Shown in pieces: positions 51,530-60,737 of a stretch of 64,000 nt of DNA. Where the stretch lies: positions 75,628-139,627 of the forward strand of contig JAVJTA010000021.1 in the NCBI GenBank assembly GCA_040219135.1. Reading direction: 5' to 3'. The notes beneath the pieces are model-generated. The model was not told the DNA's origin, ran no database searches, and saw only the letters and a list, made by a program, of their open reading frames with translations. Source of the stretch: Pseudomonadales bacterium. GTDB lineage: Bacteria; Pseudomonadota; Gammaproteobacteria; Pseudomonadales; Azotimanducaceae. Position 1 is the stretch's first letter. Each line of letters begins with the position of its first letter. A program made the translations under genes and the position numbers.

Positions 51530-52797
51530 GAGCGTCCTCCTCCAATGTGCGGCGCTGACGCCGCGGTCGAACCCGTCACCACGTTCAGAGCCTTCAGCCC
51601 GCGAAAAAACGGGTTGTGGTCCCAGTGCGGTTCGCGGTCCGCCAGGCGCATCTGCGGGTAGCGGTCGAGCAGCGTTCGGAAGGCGACTTTCGCTTCCAGA
51701 CGGGCGAGCGCGGCGCCCAGGCACAGATGAATGCCGTGGCCGAATGAAATCTGCTTCGCTGTCTCGCGCTGCACGTCGAACTCCTCGGGATGCGCGTTGA
51801 CCGCCGGATCGCGATTCGCCGCAGCGAGGCTCACGAACACCTGATCTCCTTCCTCGAGCGGCGTGCCGTGGAAGTCCATCGGCTCGCGGGCAAAACGCAC
51901 GGTGGCCATGACCGGCGGTTCGAACCGCAGCATCTCCTCGATGGCGGCGGGAATCGCGTCAGGATGCTCGCGCAGATACTCGAACTGCTCGGGCCGGATC
52001 AGCAGATTGAACAGGCCGTTGCCGATCAACCGGGTGGTGGTCTCGTGGCCGGCGACCAGCAGCAGCAGGCAGGTGTTGTACAGTTCTTTCGCGTTCAGCT
52101 TGTCGCCCTGTTCCTCCGCGCGCATCAGCTGGCCGATCAGATCGTCGGTGAGCGGTGCGCCGCGCCGCTGTTCGATGATGCGTTTGAAGTAATCGATCAG
52201 GGCGTCGTTGGCGCGGTCTGCTGCCTCGGACGTTTCTACGCTGCTGATCCCGGTGCCCGCGATCAGCTCCTCCGACCAGGTCTGAAACTGGTCATGGTCG
52301 CTTTCCGGCAGGCCCATCATCTCGGCGATCACGATCGCCGGCAGCGGCCTGGCGACCGCGTCCACCACGTCGAAGGTCGCGGCATTGTCGACGCGCGCCA
52401 GGCAGCGATCCATGATCTGCTGAATTCTCGGTTCCAGGGATTGGATGTACTTGAACAGAAAACCGTGGGTGACCAGCCGGCGCAGACGGGAATGATCCGG
52501 AGGATCGAGAGTCAGCATGCTCGGGTTCTCGAGCCGTTCCAGCTGCTGCGCGGTGGCGCGCTTGCGGAACGGCTTCATGTGTCGCTCGTAGCGCCGCACG
52601 TCGGCGCCGAAGCGCGCATCGCGCAGAACTTCCTGAACCTTGCTGAATTCGGTGACCCAGTAACCCTTGATCGCCGGCGAGTAGTGGATGGGCGCAACGT
52701 CGCGCAGGTGATTCAGGGCGGGATAGGGGTCGTCGAGGTACGCGGGCGAGAGCAGGTTGACGCCAACCCCGTAGCGCAGGCGTTCCCACAGTGCCAT
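51526..52797 (-). CDS. Cytochrome P450
   Basis: Heme-binding loop FGHGIHLCLGAALA, ExxR (EEMLRFEPP) and I-helix LLLLVAGHETT. ATG 52797 is preferred over the TTG at 52878. Confidence 0.9.
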   Translation of the reverse strand: MALWERLRYGVGVNLLSPAYLDDPYPALNHLRDVAPIHYSPAIKGYWVTEFSKVQEVLRDARFGADVRRYERHMKPFRKRATAQQLERLENPSMLTLDPPDHSRLRRLVTHGFLFKYIQSLEPRIQQIMDRCLARVDNAATFDVVDAVARPLPAIVIAEMMGLPESDHDQFQTWSEELIAGTGISSVETSEAADRANDALIDYFKRIIEQRRGAPLTDDLIGQLMRAEEQGDKLNAKELYNTCLLLLVAGHETTTRLIGNGLFNLLIRPEQFEYLREHPDAIPAAIEEMLRFEPPVMATVRFAREPMDFHGTPLEEGDQVFVSLAAANRDPAVNAHPEEFDVQRETAKQISFGHGIHLCLGAALARLEAKVAFRTLLDRYPQMRLADREPHWDHNPFFRGLKALNVVTGSTAASAPHIGGGRS

Positions 52798-52947
52798 CGC
52801 GCCGAACAGCACCCTGGCGGATCCGATTCTGAGCTTGTCCTTCAGGCGCACGGCGTGTCTGCCCGGCAACGGAGTCAAACCAGTCTACGCGCCGATGGGC
52901 CCAGGCGGAATGACTCCCGACGTTCGAGGCTCTGGCGGGGCGAACTA

Positions 52948-53706
52948 CTACGCCATCAGTCGGTCTCCCAGGGTGGCACCTCGCAGGCTGTTGAGGGACC
53001 GGTACAGATGGCCGATGACTTTCGGCAGCAGCGCGCCCGCATTCGCCTCCCGACGGAAAGCGGGCCGGCTCAGCAGCGCCGCATGATATCGGGAAAGGTG
53101 TGGCCGTCTATCGGGCGGGTAACCCGCCAGCACCAGCCGGTGCAGGGTAATGAACCAGGCGATATCCGGCAGCATGACCCGGTCGCCGCACAGGCAGGTT
53201 GACTCCCCGAGGCGGGCGTCCAGTTCCGCCAGCACCTCGTCGAATCGGCGCACGGCCTCTTCGATCTCGTTGGGCTCGAAAACGTGGTTCATCAGCGCAC
53301 CCGGCATCACGAAGCTGAAGGTGACGACACGCAGGTGCGCGTGCAGACCGTCTTCCAGTCGCAACAGCTCTTCTGCCAGTCGCCGCTCGGCGTCACTCGA
53401 AGGCAGGTAGGGGGCCTTCGAAGGAAAGGCGTGATCCAGATACGCCAGGATGTCATTGCTTTCGTTCCAGACGTGACCATCGTGCACCAGTACCGGCACG
53501 ACACCGGCGGGGTTGATCCCCAGATACCAGTCGCGGCGCTGCTCTCCCTTCGTCAGGTCCACCGGGTGAGAAACCCAGTCGATCCGTTTTTCATTCAGCA
53601 GGATCCGCACTTTCTGAGAGCAGGAAGACATCGGGTAATGCAGCAGGTGAACGCCCCGCCAGTCGAGCACTTCCCTCGTCCGGATCGCTCCCGCCGGTAG
53701 TTCCAT
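52948..53706 (-). CDS. Glutathione S-transferase family protein
   Basis: 252 aa. N-domain: LLHYPMSSCSQKVRILLNEKRIDW...INPAGVVPVLVHDGHVWNESNDILAYL. Confidence 0.85.
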   Translation of the reverse strand: MELPAGAIRTREVLDWRGVHLLHYPMSSCSQKVRILLNEKRIDWVSHPVDLTKGEQRRDWYLGINPAGVVPVLVHDGHVWNESNDILAYLDHAFPSKAPYLPSSDAERRLAEELLRLEDGLHAHLRVVTFSFVMPGALMNHVFEPNEIEEAVRRFDEVLAELDARLGESTCLCGDRVMLPDIAWFITLHRLVLAGYPPDRRPHLSRYHAALLSRPAFRREANAGALLPKVIGHLYRSLNSLRGATLGDRLMA

Positions 53707-53709
53707 GGC

Positions 53710-54753
53710 TTAACCTCCTCCGACCGCGACGTTGTTCTCCAGGTGACCGAGCCAGGTCCCCTCCGTCCTGACGGTATCGCCGGGCTCCAGGTAGAAGCCC
53801 TGGTACCAGATGTTGAAAGGCTTGAAGATCACGCCCGCCGCGGTGCCGGTGAGGATCAGGGTACCGCGGGGAATGTTGCCGTGGGGCATCAGGCTCACCG
53901 CCTCGTCGCCTTTCTGGAATGGCGTGTCACGCTGAGCAAACGCCTGCGCAATGATGCCTTCGATGGTGAGAATCGCATCCCGCATGGCGAAGCGTTGCCG
54001 GAGGTGGTCGTTGAGGTAGAGCGACAGTTCCAGCGACAGGTAGAAGTCCGGTGATCGAGGAATCACGACGAGGTACCCGGTCGGCAGATAGCCAGCGCGA
54101 CCCTTGCCGGAAGCGAAACCCGTCAAACCCAGCGGTCCCCCGAACTCCAGTTCTTTCACCAGCGTCCAGCGGTCCGTGAAGTCGTTACACAGCACCAGGC
54201 CGAAGTCCGGCAGTTCGTCGGGAGAATCAATGTCGGCCAGGGGAAAGAGACAAAGCTCTGCCTCGAAATCCAGCCGCGACGTGAAGGGTACCGGGTCCTG
54301 CCAGCGTCCCGCTTCAACCAGCTTCGGAAACAGGAAAGGCGGATCGTCGGAATAGATCTCGTCGGCATGCTCCTTGAAGTTGGTACCTGCTGCGATGTGC
54401 GGAAAGGCGTAGTCCAGCGGCCGGTTCAACGCCGACAGGGGAAAGGATTCGGTTTCCCCCGCCGGCGCGGGTAAGGCGGGATCCAGCGCGCTGACGAAGT
54501 CGATGAGATCGGCTGTCGCTGCCTCTCCATGGATCTTCGTCAGGTTGATCCCCGTCACCGCATCCCCGGTGTGTCCCGTGACCCAGATCAGACCATCGGC
54601 TGATCGCGCGAAGGTCAACGCTTGCGCGGGGTCCGCGATGCCAGGCGCAAAGTCGCCACGCGTCTCGCTGAACACGGGCCTGGAGACCCACCAGGTGGCC
54701 GTGACGAAGGCGATGGCCAGAAGCACCAAGAGGCCCAGCAGCACTTTCAACAT
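53710..54753 (-). CDS. Fumarylacetoacetate hydrolase (FAH) family-like protein with N-terminal TM anchor
   Basis: 347 aa. N-terminal hydrophobic helix. FAH-like FLFPKLVEAG...RLDFEAELCLF ... ILTGTAAGV. Separated by a 3-nt gap from the next gene. Confidence 0.65.
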   Translation of the reverse strand: MLKVLLGLLVLLAIAFVTATWWVSRPVFSETRGDFAPGIADPAQALTFARSADGLIWVTGHTGDAVTGINLTKIHGEAATADLIDFVSALDPALPAPAGETESFPLSALNRPLDYAFPHIAAGTNFKEHADEIYSDDPPFLFPKLVEAGRWQDPVPFTSRLDFEAELCLFPLADIDSPDELPDFGLVLCNDFTDRWTLVKELEFGGPLGLTGFASGKGRAGYLPTGYLVVIPRSPDFYLSLELSLYLNDHLRQRFAMRDAILTIEGIIAQAFAQRDTPFQKGDEAVSLMPHGNIPRGTLILTGTAAGVIFKPFNIWYQGFYLEPGDTVRTEGTWLGHLENNVAVGGG

Positions 54754-54790
54754 GTTTTCTCTCTCACTTCACTTCGCTCAGGTCGCCTGA

Positions 54791-55231
54791 TCAGGTCAGC
54801 AGCAGGTAAACCCCGAGGGTGTTCAACGCCATCAGGATGGTGCAGCCGAAGAGGTTCGTGTCCACCAGCCAGACCCGGCCCAGGATGTTGAAACGGAACG
54901 GCTTGATGCCGTTCACGTCCTTCAGCGCGCCCTCGTAGAGCGGCATGGACGCCAGGGTGGCGAAGAACGTGCCGCCCCAGACGTAGTTCAGGATCGCGGC
55001 CACCAGAACCAGACTCGCGTCGTGACTGCCCGGACCCCAGATCAGGTAGAGCGTCACCGTCGCCACGCCGGCCTGCGTCAGCACCTGCCAGACCACGTGA
55101 AAACGCGCGTGCGGAGTCCAAAGCGGGTTGGTGGCATGGGTCCTGTTGAAATCCGCGATCATCGGGCCGATGGCGCTCGCGAGTGCGATGACGCTGAAAA
55201 TGATCCTGGGCGCGAGCGCAACTTCGTTCAT
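54791..55231 (-). CDS. Hypothetical 4-TM membrane protein
   Basis: 146-aa ORF with four hydrophobic segments, embedded in a same-strand operon with gaps of 14 and 37 nt. Confidence 0.55.
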   Translation of the reverse strand: MNEVALAPRIIFSVIALASAIGPMIADFNRTHATNPLWTPHARFHVVWQVLTQAGVATVTLYLIWGPGSHDASLVLVAAILNYVWGGTFFATLASMPLYEGALKDVNGIKPFRFNILGRVWLVDTNLFGCTILMALNTLGVYLLLT

Positions 55232-55245
55232 CTCCGCCTTTCTCC

Positions 55246-56025
55246 TCAGATCAGTCCGGCGTAGGAACCGCCATCGAGCTGCAGATTCTGGCCGGAAATG
55301 AACCCGGCCTGGACACTGCAGAGAAAGGCGCAGGCATCGCCGAGTTCACTGGGGATTCCCATGCGGCCGGCGGCGATGGACGAGATCATCTCGGCATGAG
55401 CCTCCTCGCGCGAAACACCCCGCACCTTCATGGCCATTTCCACCATGTATCGCTGGCGGTCCGTGTCGAAGCGTTCCGGCAGCAGATTGTTGATGGTGAC
55501 GTTGCTGGCGGCCACTTCCCGGGATAGCCCCTTGCACAGGGCCGTGAGGCCCGACCTTGCAGCGGTCGACAGCCCCATGGGTGCCCTGGGCGACTTCACC
55601 ATGGCCGAGGTGATGTTCACGATCCGGCCGAAGTGGCGCTCCGCCATTCCGCTGATCAGCCCCTGGATCATGAACACCGGCGCCATCAGGTTGGCATCCA
55701 GTGCCCGCTGCAGGTCTTCACGCTGCCAGTCGGCGAACCGGCCCGGTGGCGGACCTTCATTGTTGTTGATCAGGATATCCGCCTCCGGACAGGAGGCGAT
55801 CAGCGCCGCCCGACCCTGCTGCGTATTGATATCCGCCAGCACGACCGCGACGCTGCCACCACCCAGCGCTTCAATGTCCGCCCGCGCAGCCTCGAGCCGG
55901 TCTTCGTGGAGGCCGTTGATCACCACATCCACGCCTTCCCGGGCGAGTGACGTGGCGCAGGCCTTACCCAGGCCACGCGACGACGCGCAGACGATGGCTT
56001 TGCGGCCCCGGATACCCAGATCCAT
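55246..56025 (-). CDS. SDR family oxidoreductase
   Basis: 259 aa from MDLGIRGRKAIVCASSRGLGKA. The start lies 1 nt after the upstream stop. Confidence 0.85.
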   Translation of the reverse strand: MDLGIRGRKAIVCASSRGLGKACATSLAREGVDVVINGLHEDRLEAARADIEALGGGSVAVVLADINTQQGRAALIASCPEADILINNNEGPPPGRFADWQREDLQRALDANLMAPVFMIQGLISGMAERHFGRIVNITSAMVKSPRAPMGLSTAARSGLTALCKGLSREVAASNVTINNLLPERFDTDRQRYMVEMAMKVRGVSREEAHAEMISSIAAGRMGIPSELGDACAFLCSVQAGFISGQNLQLDGGSYAGLI

Positions 56026-56026
56026 G

Positions 56027-57697
56027 TCAGTCCGCCCTCGCCAGCAGTGAATCCAGCGCCGACTCGACAGAGCCGTCAGCGACGCAGAGAAAGCGCGCCG
56101 CAATGTGTCCGTCCGGACGGATCAGCAGGGCACCGGTTTCCGGCAGACCCGTCTGCTCGGTCCAGCTGCTCTCGTCCACGAAATCAGCCCCCCAGCGGAG
56201 CTCGTTGAGGCCAAGGCCGTTTCCGGGCGAAGCGGCGCCCGGACCTTGCAGAAGGGAGAATCGATTCGCCGGCAGCAACTGCTGCAGCGCCTTGTGATCG
56301 CCGTCGACGGTGACCCAGCGATGCGGGAAGTGCGCGCCCGCCTCCCAGGTCGGCTGGTAATCGGCAACGTTCGTCAGCGGCCGCGGTGGCGCCGGCTCGT
56401 GAATCGCACGACTGTCGTAGCGGTAGCCGAGCTGCAGCGCAAAGCTGTCGAAATGCGGTTTCTGCGCCGCCACGGCAGCGCCGAGCTCGGGGAAGGCACC
56501 CGGGTCAGCCGCGACGGCAGCATAGTGTTCGGCAATTCCATGCTCCGTGCCTCCATGATCCGTGCCGTGGATGGCGGCAAAGAGTTCAAACAGTCTGCCG
56601 GCATTCATCAGGCTCTGTTCGCTGTTGATTCGGGCAACCGGCCGGCGCTCTTCCTCGTAGGTTTCGAGCAGATCGCTGCCCGCCGCGCCGCTGAGCACTG
56701 CTGCGAGCTTCCAGGTCAGGTTCTGCACGTCTCCCGCGCCGGTGTTGAGACCCAGGCCGCCGGCCGGCGGAAACCGGTGTGCTGCGTCCCCGGCCAGGAA
56801 CACACGGCCACACCGGTAGCGTGCCGCGATCTGCGCCGACATGCTCCAGGGGCTGATGTTCTCCACCACGGCATCGGGTACGGGCCGACCCACAGCCGCC
56901 GACAGCAATGCCTGGCAACGTGCCTCGCCGTAGTCCGCCAGGTGTTCCGATGTCGGATCCCACGGGTGCATCAGGACCCAGGTCCTGGCCTGGTCGTAAG
57001 CGATCAGGGTTCCGCGGACGGCGGGGTCAAAGAGGAAGTACAGCACGCCACGACGCCCCTCGGTGTACCGACGCAGGTCCACCGAGTAGTGGATCATCAG
57101 GAACTCCTGGATCGCCTCGGGTCCTTCCATGGCGATGCCGAGTGCCCTGCGCAGTGACGAACCGGCCCCGTCAGCGGCGATGACATGCTCGAAGGCGCAG
57201 GATCGCGTGGCGCCCGAATCACCGTCACGCAGGTCTGCGAGGACGCAGTTGCCCTCATCCGCCAGGCCGGTGCATTCGACGCCTCGTCGAAAATCGATGT
57301 CGTCGTGGTCCGCGATGGCGCTGATCAGTTCCCGCTCGAACACAGGCTGGGGGATGTTGCTGAGCGGGAATGGCGTATCCCGGAGCGCGGCTTCATCCTG
57401 CCGTTCATAGGGCAGCGACCCGAACTCGGGGCCTGTCAGCGTCCCGACGAAACGCACCTCGCCGCCGTCGTTGGCATCCGCGCCAAGCGCCCGCAGCCTA
57501 GCCGCACTGACGCCGATGCTCTCGCAGATTTCCAGGGTACGGGGATTCACCGCGTGGGCCTTGGGCGCACTCAAGGGCGCTCTGCGCTTATCGACCAGCA
57601 GTGACGGCACTCCGTGGTTCGAGAGCAGCAGCGCGGCAAGCTGGCCGACGGGGCCGGCGCCAACGATCAGTATGCGCGGATGTCCTCCCTGGCTCAT
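56027..57697 (-). CDS. FAD-dependent aromatic-ring hydroxylase (PheA/TfdB-type monooxygenase)
   Basis: 556 aa from MSQGGHPRILIVGAGPVG. Contains ADGAGSSLRR and GDAAHRFPPAGGLGLNTGAGDVQNLTWKL, with a C-terminal thioredoxin-like extension. Confidence 0.9.
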   Translation of the reverse strand: MSQGGHPRILIVGAGPVGQLAALLLSNHGVPSLLVDKRRAPLSAPKAHAVNPRTLEICESIGVSAARLRALGADANDGGEVRFVGTLTGPEFGSLPYERQDEAALRDTPFPLSNIPQPVFERELISAIADHDDIDFRRGVECTGLADEGNCVLADLRDGDSGATRSCAFEHVIAADGAGSSLRRALGIAMEGPEAIQEFLMIHYSVDLRRYTEGRRGVLYFLFDPAVRGTLIAYDQARTWVLMHPWDPTSEHLADYGEARCQALLSAAVGRPVPDAVVENISPWSMSAQIAARYRCGRVFLAGDAAHRFPPAGGLGLNTGAGDVQNLTWKLAAVLSGAAGSDLLETYEEERRPVARINSEQSLMNAGRLFELFAAIHGTDHGGTEHGIAEHYAAVAADPGAFPELGAAVAAQKPHFDSFALQLGYRYDSRAIHEPAPPRPLTNVADYQPTWEAGAHFPHRWVTVDGDHKALQQLLPANRFSLLQGPGAASPGNGLGLNELRWGADFVDESSWTEQTGLPETGALLIRPDGHIAARFLCVADGSVESALDSLLARAD

Positions 57698-57721
57698 GTC
57701 GGCCCCATGTTTGCCGGTCCC

Positions 57722-57758
57722 ATATTTGAGATGTATCTCATTTTTGAGAACCGTCTCA
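57722..57758. promoter_or_regulatory. Two adjacent palindromic operator-like sites overlapping a putative promoter of the monooxygenase operon
   Basis: TGAGAT-GT-ATCTCA (57727-57740) and TGAGA-ACCG-TCTCA (57745-57758), each followed by TTTTT. Minus-strand TTCTCA-N17-AAATAT (57745-57750 and 57722-57727) spans the first palindrome. This is an AT-rich island in GC-rich DNA. Confidence 0.4.
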
Positions 57759-57810
57759 TTTTTCTTGCCGGGTGTCAACAGATCGGATAGATTGCAGTCG
57801 ACCTGGCGTG

Positions 57811-58458
57811 ATGAGAACGATCTTGTCTGCAACGAGCCACAGCCTTTTCCAGGAGCAGACGCTTGACCGCGGCAAGCGTGAAAGAACCCGTTCCGCCCTG
57901 CTGGACAGCGCCATCAGCGTCTTCGCCAGCAAGGGCTTCGAGGCAACACGGATCACAGACATCACCGAGCACGCGGGCGTCGCCAACGGCACGTTCTATA
58001 ACTACTACCGCGACAAGCAGGAGATCCTGAACGATGTGGCGATTGGCCTCGCGGTGGAGATCGTCCGCCGCATCAACGATGAACTGGCAGACACCATCAA
58101 CGCGATTGTCCGCGTGGTGACCGCCACGGCGCGGGTACTCGAGGTCGCAAGACAGGAACCCGAGTGGATCGATGTTCTGCTGAGCAGCATCCCGATCGTG
58201 CCCGAACTCCAGTCTCAGGTGGTCCGTTACCTCAGGCAGGACCTGCAGATGGGGCTCGAGCAGGGTTATTTCCACATCGAGGTCGACCTGCTGCTGGTCA
58301 ACCAGATGCTCGCGCTACTCAGCACCGCGATCCTGCTGGACCGGAAGATCAGCAAGGAAACCACTCGAAGAACCTGCGAGGCGCATCTCAGGCTGCTCGG
58401 ACTGCCACCCGTCAGGGCGGCGCGTCAGGTCGAGAAGGCGCTCAGCGGGCTGCAATAA
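57811..58458 (+). CDS. TetR family transcriptional regulator
   Basis: 215 aa from ATG 57811. HTH: RSALLDSAISVFASKGFEATRITDITEHAGVANGTFYNYYRDKQE. Divergent from the monooxygenase operon. Confidence 0.85.
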   Translation: MRTILSATSHSLFQEQTLDRGKRERTRSALLDSAISVFASKGFEATRITDITEHAGVANGTFYNYYRDKQEILNDVAIGLAVEIVRRINDELADTINAIVRVVTATARVLEVARQEPEWIDVLLSSIPIVPELQSQVVRYLRQDLQMGLEQGYFHIEVDLLLVNQMLALLSTAILLDRKISKETTRRTCEAHLRLLGLPPVRAARQVEKALSGLQ

Positions 58459-58478
58459 TCAAGAGCGAGGGAAACATA

Positions 58479-59006
58479 ATGAAACTCCACTGGTCACATG
58501 CCGTATTGAATGCCCGCGACCTGCAGCCGATGCTCGACTTCTACACCGGGGTGATGGGTTTCACCATCTCGGATCGCGGCCCAATGGGAGCGCCGGGCGC
58601 GCCGGAGATCGTGTTCATGAGCAACAGCGATGATGAACACCATCAGCTTGCCATCGTGGCGCAGCGCGACGAGTCTCCCGCCACCTCTCTGAACCACCTG
58701 GCATTCCGCGTGGAATCCTTCGATGAAGTAAAGGAAATGAGCCAGCGCCTGCAGAAGCGTGGGGTCGATATCCTGCCCCTCTCCCACGGCAACACCCTGT
58801 CCCTGTACTTCAACGATCCCGAAAAAAACGGCGTCGAAGTATTCTGGGATACGCCCTGGCACGTGGATCAGCCGCAGGGGGTGTTGTGGGATACCAACCT
58901 GGACGAGGCGGCCGCATTGCAGTTCGTCGAGGACAGTTTCAGGAGCGAACCCTCCTTCACGCGACGCGAAGACTGTCACAGGCCCTTCGCCAACAGACCG
59001 GCGTAG
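58479..59006 (+). CDS. VOC family protein (glyoxalase/extradiol dioxygenase fold)
   Basis: ATG at 58479 after GAGGGA. 175 aa: HAVLNARDLQPMLDFYTGVMGFTISD ... LNHLAFRV ... SLYFNDPEKNGVEVF. Confidence 0.85.
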   Translation: MKLHWSHAVLNARDLQPMLDFYTGVMGFTISDRGPMGAPGAPEIVFMSNSDDEHHQLAIVAQRDESPATSLNHLAFRVESFDEVKEMSQRLQKRGVDILPLSHGNTLSLYFNDPEKNGVEVFWDTPWHVDQPQGVLWDTNLDEAAALQFVEDSFRSEPSFTRREDCHRPFANRPA

Positions 59007-59033
59007 CTCCTCCTCGTTGATCGTCAGCGTCGA

Positions 59034-59870
59034 TCAGCTCGCCGCCCGCCGGGTGTTCGCCAGGAAAATGCCGCCCAGGACCAGCGCCAGCGCAACCAGC
59101 AGGTTCCAGGGCAGCGGGTCGTCGAAGATCAGCCAGCCCGAAAGTACCCCGACAGGCGGCGCCAACAGACTGAACGACGCCATGTTGGAGGCCGGGTAAA
59201 CCGACAGCAGCCAGAACCAGACGACGAATCCAATGGAAACGATGACCAGAAACTGGAAGGCGAAGATCGCATAGACCACCAGGGTCGGCTCACGGATCAT
59301 GTCACCGAACAGCGGCGCCAGTATCAGCAGCACCACGCTGGAGACCGCCAGCTGGTACAGCAGGTTCATCTCCGCCGACGTCTCGCGAAGCCGCGACAGA
59401 CGGGTGAGCAGAGCGATCCCGGCCCAGCAGAACGCAGCACCGAGCGCCAGCGCATCGCCGATCCACGACGACGCCGTTGCGGCCGTGTCGCGCCCGGACA
59501 GCGCCAGCGCGACGCCGGCCATCGCCAGGGCGAGGCCGGCCAGCTTCGATACCGTCAGGCGTTCACCGGGCAGCAGACAGTGTGCCGCCAGCGCAAGCCA
59601 CAGCGGCATGGTGTAGAAGAACAGCGACACCCGCGCAACCGTCGTGTAATCGAGCGCCAGAAACAGCAGGCAGAACTCGGCGGAGAACAGCAGACCGTTG
59701 AGCAGTCCGGGCGCCAGCGAGCCGTCTGTGATGGACAGGCGGCGGCGCGCGACGAACGCGAAGGCCAGCACCGGCAGAAACGCGCACGCGGACCGCAGGC
59801 CGGCCTGGAACACCGGCGCAAACCCGGCGTTGACCAGCTTGACCAGCGCCTGGTTCAGCCCCAGCAGCAC
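59034..59870 (-). CDS. DMT (EamA-like) family transporter, 5' end unclear
   Basis: 278-aa hydrophobic ORF with two EamA-like halves. The first TM helix appears to begin upstream of the GTG at 59870 (in-frame DHIDALAATTLIGFN), but no start codon lies between it and the in-frame TGA at 59943-59945. Confidence 0.75.
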   Translation of the reverse strand: MLLGLNQALVKLVNAGFAPVFQAGLRSACAFLPVLAFAFVARRRLSITDGSLAPGLLNGLLFSAEFCLLFLALDYTTVARVSLFFYTMPLWLALAAHCLLPGERLTVSKLAGLALAMAGVALALSGRDTAATASSWIGDALALGAAFCWAGIALLTRLSRLRETSAEMNLLYQLAVSSVVLLILAPLFGDMIREPTLVVYAIFAFQFLVIVSIGFVVWFWLLSVYPASNMASFSLLAPPVGVLSGWLIFDDPLPWNLLVALALVLGGIFLANTRRAAS

Positions 59871-59999
59871 GTTGAAGCCGATCAGGGTGGTCGCGGCCAG
59901 CGCGTCGATGTGGTCTTTTCGCGCGATCTCGTGGCTCCAACGTCAGGGCGGCTGTGCGCACTCCATGGGGCCGTGTGGCGGCCGCCGGTTCGACCGCCG

Positions 60000-60488
60000 C
60001 TACTCCTCCAGCGTGGTCCACGTATGCCGCCAGATGCCCCACTTGCCGTCTTCGCGCTTGCGCAGCACGTCGAAGTAGCGGGATCTGGTCCGCGACGCCG
60101 TGAGCGCACCGGGCTCCGCCACACCGACCTCGGGGTCCTTCAGGTCCAGATGGATGACGTATTCATACTCCGCGACCGCCACGTCGCCGAACACTTCGAT
60201 CACCGGCATCGTCACCACGTCGATTCGATAGGTCGCCGCCTCGAACACCGGCCTGAGAAAACCCGCGTAGCGATTGGCGCCAACGATCGCATCCGCCCCG
60301 GGCGGCAGCAGCCGCACGGCCGGATGCAGCGCACCGACATAGGCTGAGATATCGGCGTTCTCGACGGCAACCCGATAGTCCGCGTACAAGGCATCGATTT
60401 CAGCCTCGTCTGTTCTGGATGTGCCGGGATTTTCTGACCCGCAGCCGGCTGCGATGCAGACCACCGCAAAGATGAGTGCTAAGCGCAT
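60000..60488 (-). CDS. Lipoprotein with NTF2-like (SnoaL/DUF4440-type) domain
   Basis: 162 aa from MRLALIFAVVCIAAGC (lipobox). Contains EIDALYADYRVAVENADISAY ... FGDVAVAEYEY ... DGKWGIWRHTW. The rest of track ORF 60000..61676 is antisense shadow of the autotransporter. Confidence 0.7.
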   Translation of the reverse strand: MRLALIFAVVCIAAGCGSENPGTSRTDEAEIDALYADYRVAVENADISAYVGALHPAVRLLPPGADAIVGANRYAGFLRPVFEAATYRIDVVTMPVIEVFGDVAVAEYEYVIHLDLKDPEVGVAEPGALTASRTRSRYFDVLRKREDGKWGIWRHTWTTLEE

Positions 60489-60737
60489 GTGCCCCTCGCC
60501 TGTTGCCCCTCGGCGGTAGGATACCGGAAACCTGCCGATCGCCGTCATATCAAACCACGGCCGCTCGGCAGGCAGCCCTGGCTCGATCTCGGACCTTTCC
60601 ACTGGCATCGCGCCGCCTTTGGTGCTACCAAAGAGGCCGCGCTTTGCGGTTGGGGCCGTGGAGCAGGCTGGGGAACAACGGTCCATCGATGACCGCTCGC
60701 TCGGCGGCCATCGCAACAACGATCCGGGGGATGGGGA

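Noticed and set aside
59943-59966. A second in-frame TGA: ATG 59966 (minus strand), then MECAQPP-TGA, then in-frame continuation into the DMT transporter
   Set aside because: There is no Shine-Dalgarno before that ATG and no SECIS-like hairpin after the TGA. DMT transporters have no known Sec members. A lost or non-canonical start, or another indel, is more likely.
60489-60737. Hairpin CTTTGGT-GCT-ACCAAAG (around 60617-60633) in the 249-nt divergent region before the autotransporter
   Set aside because: It is an isolated short stem with no U-tract, no recognisable riboswitch or leader features, and no conservation information. This is insufficient for a call.
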